A stretch of DNA of 64,000 nucleotides, from assembly GCA_965215515.1 (NCBI GenBank), contig OZ244057.1, forward strand, positions 1-64,000, given 5' to 3'. The position numbers were made by a program, and so were the translations under genes. Positions 50,205 to 61,061 of this stretch are shown here, in pieces. Origin of the DNA: Oligoflexales bacterium (GTDB lineage: Bacteria; Bdellovibrionota_B; Oligoflexia; Oligoflexales; JAPPIL01). The notes under the pieces are model-generated. The model was not told the DNA's origin. It ran no database searches and saw only the letters and a list, made by a program, of their open reading frames with translations. Position 1 is the first letter of the stretch. The number at the start of each line of letters is the position of its first letter.

Positions 50205-53144
50205 CCGTGTTATGATAGTAAGAGAAACCCTCTACGATACCGTCTTATGTTTGTACGTACCGCTTTTGCTGCGCTGTGGCTGGGGAGTGTAGCTGCCCAC
50301 GCCGCCGCCTGGAAACCACTGCTGCCCCTCAAAGGGCAAGCAGCACATGTGCCCTTCCTCGCCGCTTTTTTGAAAGACCCAAGTGTTTTTATCATAAACT
50401 CCAAGGCAGAATTTATAGAACATAAACAAGATCTGCAGGATGCAAGGGAAGGAGCTTTACGTAGTCAGAGGCGATTACAGGCATATTTTCTGATGTTGTC
50501 GGAATCCTGTTACTATCTCTATCAACAGCGCAGGAACGTTTCGTTATCGCCTGAGGAAGAAACGTGCCATCGGAATTTAATCAAAACAGGTGTTAGAATT
50601 TTAAAAAACACCGAAACATCACGTAACAAGATAATTTACAACGTCGCTTTAAGTCTTTACAATTTGCGTCAATATCGTGAGGCACACCAGTACTTCAGCA
50701 AGTTGTTGAGTAAGTCTTTCAGCAATCCGCTGGCGTTGAAGGCTGGTTTAGCGACCTACTTGATCGACCTTGCCATCAAGAAAAGCATCCCCTCAGTGTC
50801 GTGGCAACGTTTGGTCGCGAAGTTTGATGTGCGTGGCAAAATCATCATTCATCTTGCCACCGCACGACATCTGGCTGGTTTGAATCTACAAGGGGAGCGC
50901 GAGAAGCGAGCCAGCTCGCGTTATCGTCATTACCTGCAACAGCTTTCGCCTCTACTCAACGATATCAAGAGCGATGCACAGGCGTTAGTGCTTGCTTTCA
51001 TGATCGGCATCGTCAGAAAAGCTGAGACCTCCGTAGACTGGCAGCGTTTTCCCGTGCGGGTGGAGACGTTTGCCTACACCGCAGCGTTTCCTGCCTTACT
51101 GGAAAGACAAGCCTTATCCGCTCTCGCACAGCGGCGTTTTGGCGCGGCACTCGGTCTCTATAAGCGTCTGTTGCCGATGATCAAGGGGCGTAAAACCCAG
51201 CATATCGTTATACGACGTTTACTGGTAATCACTAAAAAGTTCTATTTGCAGAGCCGTGATAGCAAAGAGTATCGCAAGGTGATGCATTTAAGTGGCAACT
51301 ATCTTAAGGCGGAAACCGACAAAAAACTACTCGATAAATACATCCAGTTCCTCCTTAACAAAGAAAGTGCTAATTTGCCGACGATGCCAGAACAACAACT
51401 CAAGCGACTGCTATCGCTCTACAAGGATATGTTGCGTTTACAGACCAACAAGAGCTACACTATAAACAACCGTGAGATGCTCGCGGCAATTCACTTACGC
51501 CTCAACAACCATGCGGGTGCGGTCAATGTCTACTATGCTCTGTTCAAAGAACTCGGTGGCAGGACGCTAAAGTATATCGACAGTGCCATCAAATATCAAC
51601 ATCGTCTCGCGGAGTGGCCTCTAAAACTGGTGTGGTCTGCACAGCCACGTCGCTTGCGCGCGGCACGCGTGCGTCTCCTTAAAATGTATGAACAAAAAGC
51701 ACCTCTGACCACCGCTCCCGACTGGCGTATTATCGCACAACGGGGGTTGCTCTCTTTAAATCTTAACATGAAAAACAAAGCCTGGAGCTTGTGGGCAAGT
51801 AGTATGCAACACACCAACCCTAGCATCGCTCCCGTCGCAATCGGCATGGTGTTGAACGATTATTTGCAAGACAAGCAGTGGCTGAAAGCAGAGACACTTA
51901 TCAAGCGTTGCTTACGCTTCGGGATTGTGCCACAAACATTAACTAAAAAGAAAATGCCGCTGAAAAAAATCTATGTCGATGTTATGGATGAAGCGATAAA
52001 GTACTATCTTAGGATGAACAATTTTGCCGCAGCAAAATCAAAAAGCGTAGATTTTTTCAAACTTTTCCCTAAAGACAGCCGCCAGCCCAAAAACCTTTTG
52101 CGTCTTGCCGATATTCTTGTCAAAAGTAAGGAATACTCGCAAGCGATGTTTTATTTGATTGAATTAGTTACCAACTACCCTCAAAATGATTATTTCAGAC
52201 GCGGTTTGTTACGTGCCGCTAAGCTGGCAACCATGCAGGCTGATGAAAAAAACGCCGTCATTCTCTATCGCTTGTTTTTTAAGCGTTATCCCAAGGATAG
52301 AGCGATCAAAGCTGTCGTCTTACAGTTGATAAAACTATACAAGTCGCAGCGTTTGTACGGTGATTTGCAAGTTGTCTATGAATATGTTCTAGTCTCGCCA
52401 CTTTTCAGCGGCATGGAGAAGCAAAAAAACGAAGTTGCCTTGATGGAGCTGGAAGAAAGATACGGCAATCGCACGAAGGCGGTGAGTATGGCAACGCGTA
52501 TCATGGCAGAGCCACGTCGTGATCTGCGGCACAAAGCGATCGCCGCCAGTTTATTGGCACGTTATCACCGTGCCCGCAGAAATCGCCCCGCCTTGCTCAC
52601 CCTCGAACGTAGCTTAAGCCCCACGCGTTATGAGTACAAAGAGGTACGTAACGAGCTGTCTTTTTATATTGCCGAAAACCAGCGTTTTGTGAACCCAGAC
52701 ATGATCGATCAATACGAACAAAAACCTGTAAATTTTCTCAAGTATCTTGCCAGTAGTTTTGAAAAAGTGAAAAAAAACTATCTTAACATATGTAAATTGC
52801 CCACCAGTCGCTTTTGTTTAGCTTCCTACCTAAGTCTGGTCGATCGCTGTCTAACTTTTATCGATGCTGCAGGCACCGCGGAACTTTCCGCAGCAAGCAC
52901 GAGACAAGAATACGACATCTTTACGCAGGATAAGAAAAAACTTATCAGTTATTTGAAAAGCCAGAAACAATATTTTCGCAATGCTTCTGTGCGAGAACTG
53001 CAATCAGGCAACGCTCCCTTTGAGTGGGTGGCGAAAAGCCTTGTTGTCTCTCCAGAGTTAAACTTATCATACGTTAATGATTATCTAGCTGAACCTGATT
53101 TTATCCAACTCGATCTCAAAAAGGATCTTGAGAGTGTTAAGTAA
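50172..53144 (+). CDS. Large exported TPR-repeat protein
   Basis: 990-aa helical protein with TPR patterns (YNVALSLYNLRQYREA, FFKLFPKD, LVTNYPQN). The start is probably near 50247 (MFVRTAF). Confidence 0.75.
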   Translation: MKWGEVKNAEHPCYDSKRNPLRYRLMFVRTAFAALWLGSVAAHAAAWKPLLPLKGQAAHVPFLAAFLKDPSVFIINSKAEFIEHKQDLQDAREGALRSQRRLQAYFLMLSESCYYLYQQRRNVSLSPEEETCHRNLIKTGVRILKNTETSRNKIIYNVALSLYNLRQYREAHQYFSKLLSKSFSNPLALKAGLATYLIDLAIKKSIPSVSWQRLVAKFDVRGKIIIHLATARHLAGLNLQGEREKRASSRYRHYLQQLSPLLNDIKSDAQALVLAFMIGIVRKAETSVDWQRFPVRVETFAYTAAFPALLERQALSALAQRRFGAALGLYKRLLPMIKGRKTQHIVIRRLLVITKKFYLQSRDSKEYRKVMHLSGNYLKAETDKKLLDKYIQFLLNKESANLPTMPEQQLKRLLSLYKDMLRLQTNKSYTINNREMLAAIHLRLNNHAGAVNVYYALFKELGGRTLKYIDSAIKYQHRLAEWPLKLVWSAQPRRLRAARVRLLKMYEQKAPLTTAPDWRIIAQRGLLSLNLNMKNKAWSLWASSMQHTNPSIAPVAIGMVLNDYLQDKQWLKAETLIKRCLRFGIVPQTLTKKKMPLKKIYVDVMDEAIKYYLRMNNFAAAKSKSVDFFKLFPKDSRQPKNLLRLADILVKSKEYSQAMFYLIELVTNYPQNDYFRRGLLRAAKLATMQADEKNAVILYRLFFKRYPKDRAIKAVVLQLIKLYKSQRLYGDLQVVYEYVLVSPLFSGMEKQKNEVALMELEERYGNRTKAVSMATRIMAEPRRDLRHKAIAASLLARYHRARRNRPALLTLERSLSPTRYEYKEVRNELSFYIAENQRFVNPDMIDQYEQKPVNFLKYLASSFEKVKKNYLNICKLPTSRFCLASYLSLVDRCLTFIDAAGTAELSAASTRQEYDIFTQDKKKLISYLKSQKQYFRNASVRELQSGNAPFEWVAKSLVVSPELNLSYVNDYLAEPDFIQLDLKKDLESVK

Positions 53145-54003
53145 AGTTATCTTACTGGTGTGGGTCAGTATCGCATTAGCGTGTGCGCACAGAGCTGCAG
53201 ACACACGTGTTATCGTGGGGAAAAGATACGTCGAGGCGGATAAGTATCTGTTGCCAGAACTCGATCTCGACTTGTTACCTGAGACAAGCAGCGAGTTATG
53301 GAAGGCCACTAACACTGCTTTTTTACAAAAAAATTATAAAAAAATAGAAGATGATATGCGGAGATTTTTGCGTGTCAACCCTGCTCATCCCGTGGCTTTA
53401 AGTATTTTGATGAAAGCAATTTTTCTACAAAAAAAATACGAACTGGCATCATATTATGGCGACTTGTTGTTGACTATCGATAGCAATAACGCCGATGCAC
53501 ACATGATCAAAGCCTTAGCGATCATCTCCGCTCCCAACAGCTATCATTACCAACGGCGTGCGGCGCGTTTGCGTCTGGAGGCGTTGTTTGTCGATAATAA
53601 AGCACATGTAGCCAGCGGTCTGAACCTCGCGATCTGGATGATGAAAAAGGGCAATTGTACCAAGGCGACACAATACTTCGCACAAGTAGTGAAACGTTGT
53701 CCTCAGTGCGGGATGGCACGGGTTGGTTTCGCTATCTGTTTGCTGCGTAGCGGTAAGTTTAATCGCTCTCACCGCCTATTGTTGAGCATTAATAAGGATG
53801 TGAAGGACACGCTGGCTAGATATTATTTGGCATTTAGCTATTTTAAAATAAAAAGGGATACCATCAAAGCCCGTAATATTTTGAAAGATATCCTCAACGA
53901 CAAAAGTGAAGAAGGTTATATTCGCAACAAGGCACGTTCGTTGCTGGTATTGATTCAAAATGAGAGTGTTGCCAGGCGCAATACAGGTTCTACCCGACGA
54001 TGA
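53128..54003 (+). CDS. TPR-repeat lipoprotein
   Basis: Lipobox IALAC followed by TPR repeats. Confidence 0.75.
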   Translation: MRVLSKVILLVWVSIALACAHRAADTRVIVGKRYVEADKYLLPELDLDLLPETSSELWKATNTAFLQKNYKKIEDDMRRFLRVNPAHPVALSILMKAIFLQKKYELASYYGDLLLTIDSNNADAHMIKALAIISAPNSYHYQRRAARLRLEALFVDNKAHVASGLNLAIWMMKKGNCTKATQYFAQVVKRCPQCGMARVGFAICLLRSGKFNRSHRLLLSINKDVKDTLARYYLAFSYFKIKRDTIKARNILKDILNDKSEEGYIRNKARSLLVLIQNESVARRNTGSTRR

Positions 54004-55649
54004 CCGCCGAACTTCATCTTGCCGATCTCATTCTCAGTGCGGTAATAATTATCGGTCTATTGAGTGTCAGTGCTTTGGTCTGCCAGCAACTGAAACTACC
54101 TGGCATTGTCGGTTTTATTATCGCGGGTGTTATCATCGGTCCTCACGGCATCGCTTTCATCAACACCATGCCAGGGGCGAACCTTATTGCGGAGCTGGCA
54201 GTAATTTTTTTGCTGTTCACTATCGGCTTGGAGTTGTCTTTTCAAACGCTTAAAAAAAACTGGAAGATAATCATCACCTCTGGCTTGGGACAAGTGCTAT
54301 TGACGGTAGCTGTATGTGCCGCACTCTGTCATTGGGTGTTGAATTTGCATTGGCCGCAAGCGTTATTGTGGGGGTGTTTGATTTCGTTGAGCTCATCAGC
54401 AATAGTGATGAAGTTGTTGATCGATAATCGTGAGATCACTTCTGCTTACGGCACCGCCGCGACGGGAATGCTATTGTCGCAGGATATTCTCGTTATTCCT
54501 ATGACACTTGCGGTGGCGTTGCTGTCGATGGGCAAGGTCGGTGGGCAAAGTTTTAATTTTTCTTACGACAAGCTTTTATTGTGGGGAGGCACGCTGATCG
54601 GGGTCTGTTTGTTCCTCTATGTATCGGCCAAGTATATCGTGCCCTTTGTGCTAGAAGGGGTTGCTAAAACCAAAATCCGCGAGTTGTTTTTTTTCGCAGT
54701 GTTACTGCTGTGCCTCGGTTTTGCCCTACTTTTTGAGAAGCTCAATCTCTCGCTAGCTTTGGGAGCTTTTTTGTCGGGCCTGGTTATTTCTGAATCGCAT
54801 TTCGGACGACAGGCAACGGTGGAAATAATTTTACTGCGAGACAGTTTTTTAGCCTTATTTTTTGTTTCGACAGGCATGTTGCTCGATGTACAATTCGTCA
54901 TCAACAATTTTTTCTTGATTATTTTATTTACCTTGCTGACCATCAGTGGCAAAGTGTTAATCGGCACGCTGGTCGCGTGGCTAGCACGTGTCCCGCTCAA
55001 GAGCGCAATTATCTGTGGTTTGTTTATTGCGCAAATCGGCGAGCTTTCGTTTGTGTTAGCTGAGCTTGGTCTCGATAACAAGTTATTGAGCCACATGCAG
55101 TTTCAATATTTTCTGTCGATAACGGTTATTACGATGATGGTTACCCCGTTGTTTTTTCGCTTTGCCCCTCGTTTAGTGCTCGTCCGTGTCGGTACGGAAC
55201 AAAAAAAGGCTGCTGTCACTACCTCCGCAGCTAAAAAATTAGACGCGGTGGTTATCGGTTATGGTGTGGCGGGGCAAGCATTGGTCGCTTGGTTGCGCAC
55301 CGAGGGGAAGAGTTTTCGCATCGTTGAACAGAATTACGAATTATTTAAAAAGGCGCATGCGGAAGGACTGCCGATTGTCTATGGCGATGGCTCGCACGCC
55401 CAGATCTTGCACAGCGCAGATTTTGCCAGGGCTGAACTGATCATCGTCTGCGTCGCGGGTATTGTGGCTACCAATGCCATCGTGGGAAATATCCTCCGTT
55501 CACAGCCTGAGGCGACGGTGCTCGTGCGGGTGCAGTATCGGCGTGAGGCAATTCTACTCGCCAACATGCTCGATCGCAAGATGATCATCGACTCCGAAAC
55601 CATCTCTTCTCGCCGTCTGGTGGCGAAGGTGAAGAGTCTATTGGCTTGA
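54000..55649 (+). CDS. Kef-type cation:proton antiporter (CPA2) with a TrkA-N domain
   Basis: LLFTIGLE, LSSSAIV, QIGELSFVL and VIGYGVAG motifs. Confidence 0.92.
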   Translation: MTAELHLADLILSAVIIIGLLSVSALVCQQLKLPGIVGFIIAGVIIGPHGIAFINTMPGANLIAELAVIFLLFTIGLELSFQTLKKNWKIIITSGLGQVLLTVAVCAALCHWVLNLHWPQALLWGCLISLSSSAIVMKLLIDNREITSAYGTAATGMLLSQDILVIPMTLAVALLSMGKVGGQSFNFSYDKLLLWGGTLIGVCLFLYVSAKYIVPFVLEGVAKTKIRELFFFAVLLLCLGFALLFEKLNLSLALGAFLSGLVISESHFGRQATVEIILLRDSFLALFFVSTGMLLDVQFVINNFFLIILFTLLTISGKVLIGTLVAWLARVPLKSAIICGLFIAQIGELSFVLAELGLDNKLLSHMQFQYFLSITVITMMVTPLFFRFAPRLVLVRVGTEQKKAAVTTSAAKKLDAVVIGYGVAGQALVAWLRTEGKSFRIVEQNYELFKKAHAEGLPIVYGDGSHAQILHSADFARAELIIVCVAGIVATNAIVGNILRSQPEATVLVRVQYRREAILLANMLDRKMIIDSETISSRRLVAKVKSLLA

Positions 55650-55700
55650 GCAACTCGGTAGCATTGTGTTAGGATGAATAGTGCAGGTGAGAGGACGAAG

Positions 55701-55895
55701 ATGGGTATCCCTGGTATTCCCGAGCTGTTGGTTATCTTCGGTGTGGTGGTGCTGTTATTCGGAGCTAAGCAGCTACCCAAGCTCGGCGGTGCGGTAGGCG
55801 AAAGCATCAAGAATTTCCGTAAGGGCATTAAGGATAAAGACACCGCGGCCTTGCCCGACAAGGCTAACGACGACCCAGACAAGCCACAGGACTAA
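55701..55895 (+). CDS. tatA: Twin-arginine translocase TatA
   Basis: ELLVIFGVVVLLFGAKQLPKLGGAVGESIKNFRKG. Confidence 0.93.
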   Translation: MGIPGIPELLVIFGVVVLLFGAKQLPKLGGAVGESIKNFRKGIKDKDTAALPDKANDDPDKPQD

Positions 55896-55898
55896 ACG

Positions 55899-56684
55899 GT
55901 GCAGGTGTTGGCGCAGCCCGTAGCCTCGCTGGGGGCGTTTTTTTTGCGGCGTGTCACCGAGCTGGGGGCGTTTCTAATTTTTTTGCAGCAAGCATTGCTA
56001 GAGGTCTGCCGCCGCCCGCTGCGGCTCGAACGTATTGTCATGCAACTCGAATTCATCGGTAACAGATCGCTGCCGATTATCTTGATTACAGGTTTCTTTG
56101 TGGGTGCCGTCTTCGCTCTGCAGGTCGGCAGTATTTTTGTTATTTTCAGTGCGGAAAGTTTGACGGGCAGTGCCACGGGTCTCGCTCTAACGCGTGAACT
56201 CGCACCGCTGATTACGGCGTTTTTGATCGCGGGGCGGGTCGGTTCGGCGATTACCGCGGAGTTGGCGGCGATGAAAGTCAACGAACAGATAGACGCGATG
56301 GAGGCGATGGGGGTCAATCCCATCAGCTATTTGGTCAAGCCGTTGTTGATTGCCTCGACCCTGATGCTACCTGTGCTGTGTATTTTTTTCAACTTGGTTG
56401 GGATGCTCGGTTCTTATGTCTCGTCGCTGTTTATCTTTGATGTTTCGGAAGGAATTTTTCGCGAAAAGATTTTGGAATTTATCGTTATGCAGGACATTTT
56501 CGCGGGATTGGTCAAAGCGGTTTTTTTTGGCCTGATTATTGCGGCTGTCGCGTGCAACTGTGGTTTACAGGCACGGGGAGGAGCACGCGGCATCGGTGAG
56601 GCTACCACCGCAGGTGTGGTCGCTAATCTCTTGAGTGTGCTGTGTCTCGATGTTCTCATTACCTGGATTCAGGTTTCCACCTGA
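55899..56684 (+). CDS. mlaE: MlaE ABC permease
   Basis: RELAPLITAFLIAGRVGSAITAELAAMKVNEQIDAM motif. Confidence 0.93.
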   Translation: MQVLAQPVASLGAFFLRRVTELGAFLIFLQQALLEVCRRPLRLERIVMQLEFIGNRSLPIILITGFFVGAVFALQVGSIFVIFSAESLTGSATGLALTRELAPLITAFLIAGRVGSAITAELAAMKVNEQIDAMEAMGVNPISYLVKPLLIASTLMLPVLCIFFNLVGMLGSYVSSLFIFDVSEGIFREKILEFIVMQDIFAGLVKAVFFGLIIAAVACNCGLQARGGARGIGEATTAGVVANLLSVLCLDVLITWIQVST

Positions 56685-56691
56685 GGTGAGC

Positions 56692-57441
56692 ATGATAGCT
56701 TTCGAGAACATTTCCAAAAAGTTCGGCAACACCACGGTGCTCGATGAAATCTGTTTCAGTATTCCCAAGAACAAAATAACTTTCATCGTCGGCAGATCGG
56801 GAGAGGGTAAATCTGTCACCATCAAGCACATTATCGGGCTTTTGCGTCCCGATAGCGGGCGTATCGTCGTGGCTGAGGAGGAGATTACCGCTTTCAACAC
56901 GACACAGATGCGTCAGCACCGCAAAAAGTTCGGCATGTTGTTCCAGCACTCGGCACTTTTTGACAGTATGAGTGTGCTCGACAACGTAGTTTTTCCGCTG
57001 CGTGAGCATACTCGTTTAAGTCGCCATGCCATGCGTCTCAAAGCCGAGGAAAGTCTTGCGCGGGTGGGGCTGAGCGATGTCTTACAGCGTTATCCGAGCG
57101 AGCTCTCGACGGGGGAGAAGAAGCGCACGGGGCTGGCGCGGGCGCTCGTCAACGACCCTCATGTGTTGCTTTACGACGAGCCGACCACGGGGATGGACCC
57201 GTTGATCGCGGACATGATCGACAATCTCATCGTCAAGATCAGCGCTGAGTTGCCTGAGGTGACCTCCGTCGTTATTTCACATGACATCAAGGCAACTCTT
57301 GCCACGGCTGACAAGATAATCATGCTTTACAGGGGAAAAGTTGTGTTGGATGGCAGTCCCGATACCTTCAAAACTACCCGTGACCCAGTGGTGTGCCAGT
57401 TTATGGCGGGGCAAGTCGAGGGGCCGATGCAATTTGTTTAA
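56692..57441 (+). CDS. mlaF: MlaF ABC ATPase
   Basis: GRSGEGKS, LFQHSALFDSM and YDEPTTGMDP motifs. Confidence 0.92.
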   Translation: MIAFENISKKFGNTTVLDEICFSIPKNKITFIVGRSGEGKSVTIKHIIGLLRPDSGRIVVAEEEITAFNTTQMRQHRKKFGMLFQHSALFDSMSVLDNVVFPLREHTRLSRHAMRLKAEESLARVGLSDVLQRYPSELSTGEKKRTGLARALVNDPHVLLYDEPTTGMDPLIADMIDNLIVKISAELPEVTSVVISHDIKATLATADKIIMLYRGKVVLDGSPDTFKTTRDPVVCQFMAGQVEGPMQFV

Positions 57442-57548
57442 CTCGTTGGTTTAACAAGATAGTTATGGGTAATTTTTCCACTTTTTGAGAAAACCTTCAT
57501 TAAGAATAAAGTTGAACTTTCCGAAACAGGGGCGTGATTGATTGAGAG

Positions 57549-59063
57549 ATGGCGATGAAACCTTTCGGGGCTGAATTCAGGGTTGGCATTTTTATTTTGC
57601 TGGCGAGTGCTGCCATCATCGTCATTTTTTTCTTTTTGAATCCCGACAGTTTTCGGGGTGGCAATTACAAGACTTACCACACGATCACCGATAATGCTGA
57701 AGGTATTGTAGAGAAGACGCATGTCAGAACAAACGGTGTGACGGTAGGGAGGGTGGCGGAAATTATTTTGTTGACCAACAGAACCAAGATTGTCCTGGAG
57801 ATCGATAGGAGTGTGGATGTTCCGCTCGAATCGGTAGTGGAGATAAGGAGTCGTGGATTATTGGGGGACAAGTATATTGAGATCATTCGTTCTCCGTTGA
57901 CTGAGATGGCGGAGGACGGTGCGGAGTTATCTAGTTCTAGTGATAGCCTCAGTGCGGAGGAGGTTGTCGCTTATATGGGACGCATTGCCAAGGATATTAA
58001 GAAGATCACGCAATCGTTAGCGGGTTCTTTTGCCTCTGAGGAGGGGCAGGATCGGATCAAAGATATTTTCGAGGACATGTCGGGGTTGTTGGTTGATTTA
58101 CGTGGTATGGTGAAGGAAAATCGTGGCGAGGTGACCGCGACTATTCATTCTTTGCGGCGCGCCGCGGCGGGGGTCGAGCGGGTGGTGGCTAGCAGTGGGA
58201 ATAATCTCGAACAGATTCTTGTCAATCTGGAGGAGGTCAGCACGACGTTGAAGACGGTGTTGGGCGAGGAGGAACAGGAGAAATTTCGTTCTATTCTGGT
58301 CAAGCTCGACAATTCGATGGCTGACATCAGGGAAACGGCAGGCAATATCAAACTTGTTTCGACTAATTTGCAGGAGGGCAAGGGCACGCTGGGAAAATTG
58401 CTCAGCGATGATGAGACGATTACTAAAATCGAGCAAACGCTCGACGGTGTCAGTGAGGTGTTGTCTCCTGCGGCTAAATTGCAGGTTGAGGTTGATTATC
58501 ACGGCGAGATGCGTGCTGATGAGAGTTCACAGCATTATTTCAATTTGTTGTTCAGGACGAGGCAGGACAAGTATTATCTTTTTGGAATAACTGACCTCGG
58601 TGAGCGGGTTACGGTCACGCACACGGACACCACTCCGCAAGACGGTAGCGGCGAGCATGTTTCGTATCAGAAGGAGACCATTGTCGACGACAAGGCTTTG
58701 CGCTTCAACGTGCAGTTTGCACACCGCTGGTATGATGTGGCGTTGCGTTTTGGTTTGTTTGAGTCGAAGGGGGGGGTTGCTTCCGATCTGTACTTGCTCG
58801 ATGATCGTTTGCGTTTGACTGTGGAGGCGTTCGACTGGAACAGCAAGGGCAGTGAGGTGCGCAAGGTGGCGCATTTCAAGGCTTATGCCAAGTTCATCTT
58901 TTTGCGCCATCTCACTCTTGTGGCTGGTATCGACGACCCCACCCGTCTTGCTGTCGATGGCAACGACTTGCGCGATAACCTCAATTATTTCTTCGGGGCA
59001 GGGTTCTCCTTTACCGACAACGACCTCAAGGGTTTCCTCGGCACGGCGGCACTAGCTTTCTGA
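57549..59063 (+). CDS. mlaD: MlaD/MCE-family protein with a long helical region and a C-terminal beta domain
   Basis: TM helix, MCE domain (VRTNGVTVGRV, GLLGDKYIEI) and GKGTLGKLL. Confidence 0.88.
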   Translation: MAMKPFGAEFRVGIFILLASAAIIVIFFFLNPDSFRGGNYKTYHTITDNAEGIVEKTHVRTNGVTVGRVAEIILLTNRTKIVLEIDRSVDVPLESVVEIRSRGLLGDKYIEIIRSPLTEMAEDGAELSSSSDSLSAEEVVAYMGRIAKDIKKITQSLAGSFASEEGQDRIKDIFEDMSGLLVDLRGMVKENRGEVTATIHSLRRAAAGVERVVASSGNNLEQILVNLEEVSTTLKTVLGEEEQEKFRSILVKLDNSMADIRETAGNIKLVSTNLQEGKGTLGKLLSDDETITKIEQTLDGVSEVLSPAAKLQVEVDYHGEMRADESSQHYFNLLFRTRQDKYYLFGITDLGERVTVTHTDTTPQDGSGEHVSYQKETIVDDKALRFNVQFAHRWYDVALRFGLFESKGGVASDLYLLDDRLRLTVEAFDWNSKGSEVRKVAHFKAYAKFIFLRHLTLVAGIDDPTRLAVDGNDLRDNLNYFFGAGFSFTDNDLKGFLGTAALAF

Positions 59064-59201
59064 ACCGTGCAGCCTGAACCCTCTTCACGCAGCCCCTTCA
59101 CATCACCCGCGCCACGCACAAAAACCAGTAACAGCAACACGTTCAAAGCACACATCCCAACCCCCCAAATCACAAACGTAGGCAGCCGCGTGCGTCGTGC
59201 G

Positions 59202-60968
59202 TTATTGCGCTGCGCGGGAAAACTTCCGCAGCTGGGCAAGCAGGGTGGGTGCATCGAGGTAGCCGTTGATAATGACGCGCTTGCGATGATCTTGGTCCGC
59301 GGGCAGCAGCACGATACTGGGTAAGCTCAGAATACCGTATTTCTGGCGCAGTGCTTCGGTTGTGGTGCTGGTGATGGTGAAGTCGAGTTTCAGCGGCAGC
59401 CAGTTGTTATCCTGTAGCCAGCGACTCAGGGTGGGGTCGGTCCAGGTGAGGGCATCCAGTTGTTTGCAGCGTTCGCACCACTCCGCCCAGCCGTCGATCA
59501 ACAGCGGCCGTTGCTGTGTCTGTGCGCGCTGCACGGCCTCAGGCTCGGAGGTTAGCCAATTGACCAGGGTAGGGCGAGTCGGGGTGGTCGCACCTTGACT
59601 GAGGGCGAACAGTCCCATCCCCAGCAGTAACGCACAGGGCAGCGACCCCCCGCGCCCCAAACGCCTCCGCCAGGCCAGTAGCACGGTCAACAGCAGGCCA
59701 GCTCCCAGCAGGGTGGCACTGAGCGGATACCAGAAGGCATTCAACTCCTGCAGCTGTTTATAAAACGGAATACGCCCGTAGTAGAAAAACAAAGCGAACA
59801 TCATCGCTGCCATCAGCAGTTTGGTGCACAGCTGAAGAGGAGGGGCGAGTTTGACTCGGGTAAGCTTGGTGATGAGATTGCCTCCGCCGATGTAGGGGAG
59901 AGCGAAGCCACAGCTGTAGGTGAAAAACAGCAGGAAGGCTTCCACCCCCACCATCTGTGTGGCTGACCACGTTAGCAATGCACCGAGAATCGGCCCCGTG
60001 CACGGTGCTGCCACCAACCCCGCCCCCAGTCCCAGACAGAAGGTGTTGGACAGCGATGCTTTGCCCTGTCCGAGCTTTACTCCCAGCTGCTGCAAGAAGG
60101 CGAGATTCCCCCACCCTAGCATCGTCAAGCCGAAGACGAACATCAACACGCTGAAAGTGACGGTGAACCACAGGTTGCCGAGAATTGCTCCGAATAACCC
60201 TCCTCCAAAAGCCGCGACGATACCGAGTGCGCTGTAAGAGGAAATAATTCCTGCCCCGTAGACCGATGCGCTGAGCAGAGGTGTGACGCGCCGTGCCGCT
60301 AGGGTTTTCAGGGTGATGGGAATCAGCGGTAACACACAGGGGGTGAAGTTGGTCAGCAAACCGCCGAGCAGCGCGATTAAAATCAGCCACAGCAGAGAAT
60401 GTCGGCTTTGTCCCGCGAAGCTGATAAGCGACTGTTCGATACTCACAGCCGCGTGCCCGTCGGAAGGTGGCGAGGGTACGGACTTGCTGGCGGTCGTGGC
60501 GCGGAGTGGTGTGTCGTCGCCTCGCCCTGCGGAATCGGAACGGTAGACGTTGATGTGCAATGTCTCGGTGTAAGGGAAAAGACATATCTTGTCGGTGCAA
60601 CCGATGTAGGTGATGGCAAGAGGGAATGTTTCCTCCTGTGGAATACCTTTGAGGAGCAGTTCAAACTCGCCGCCGAAGAACGTTTTTACCTTCTCGCCCG
60701 TCAGCGGGTCGGTAATTTCCCGTGCGGGTGGTTCTTGGGTGTGCAGAAGTGCGAGCTCCAAAGGAGGCTGAAAGGAGATCTTGTCGCGGTAAAGACTGAA
60801 ACCCTTTGCAGTCGTGAGCCGTAGCAACACACGGGTGCGGTCGTCCTCAATTCGTGCTCCCGCACTCTGCCAGGTGACCACCGCGGCAGGGTGAGGGGGA
60901 GGATCGTCGAACGCGAGTGCGGTCAGCCATAGCAGGAGCAGCAGGGGTCGCAAGGGAGAAAAAAACAT
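59202..60968 (-). CDS. dsbD: Protein-disulfide reductase DsbD
   Basis: GCTDKIC N-domain, TPCVLPLIP and APCTGP membrane cysteines, and WCERC thioredoxin motif. Confidence 0.92.
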   Translation of the reverse strand: MFFSPLRPLLLLLWLTALAFDDPPPHPAAVVTWQSAGARIEDDRTRVLLRLTTAKGFSLYRDKISFQPPLELALLHTQEPPAREITDPLTGEKVKTFFGGEFELLLKGIPQEETFPLAITYIGCTDKICLFPYTETLHINVYRSDSAGRGDDTPLRATTASKSVPSPPSDGHAAVSIEQSLISFAGQSRHSLLWLILIALLGGLLTNFTPCVLPLIPITLKTLAARRVTPLLSASVYGAGIISSYSALGIVAAFGGGLFGAILGNLWFTVTFSVLMFVFGLTMLGWGNLAFLQQLGVKLGQGKASLSNTFCLGLGAGLVAAPCTGPILGALLTWSATQMVGVEAFLLFFTYSCGFALPYIGGGNLITKLTRVKLAPPLQLCTKLLMAAMMFALFFYYGRIPFYKQLQELNAFWYPLSATLLGAGLLLTVLLAWRRRLGRGGSLPCALLLGMGLFALSQGATTPTRPTLVNWLTSEPEAVQRAQTQQRPLLIDGWAEWCERCKQLDALTWTDPTLSRWLQDNNWLPLKLDFTITSTTTEALRQKYGILSLPSIVLLPADQDHRKRVIINGYLDAPTLLAQLRKFSRAAQ

Positions 60969-61061
60969 CTGGTGACTCGACGATGGTGCTGGAGAGCACG
61001 CGGTATCAACACTTGACCACCGTCACAGAATAACATACACCTAGCGGTCGTTCTATCGCGA

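Noticed and set aside
50172..54003. TPR pair as gliding-motility (Glt/Agm) or predation machinery
   Set aside because: Only generic TPR patterns are visible and no diagnostic neighbouring genes are present, so a specific call cannot be supported.
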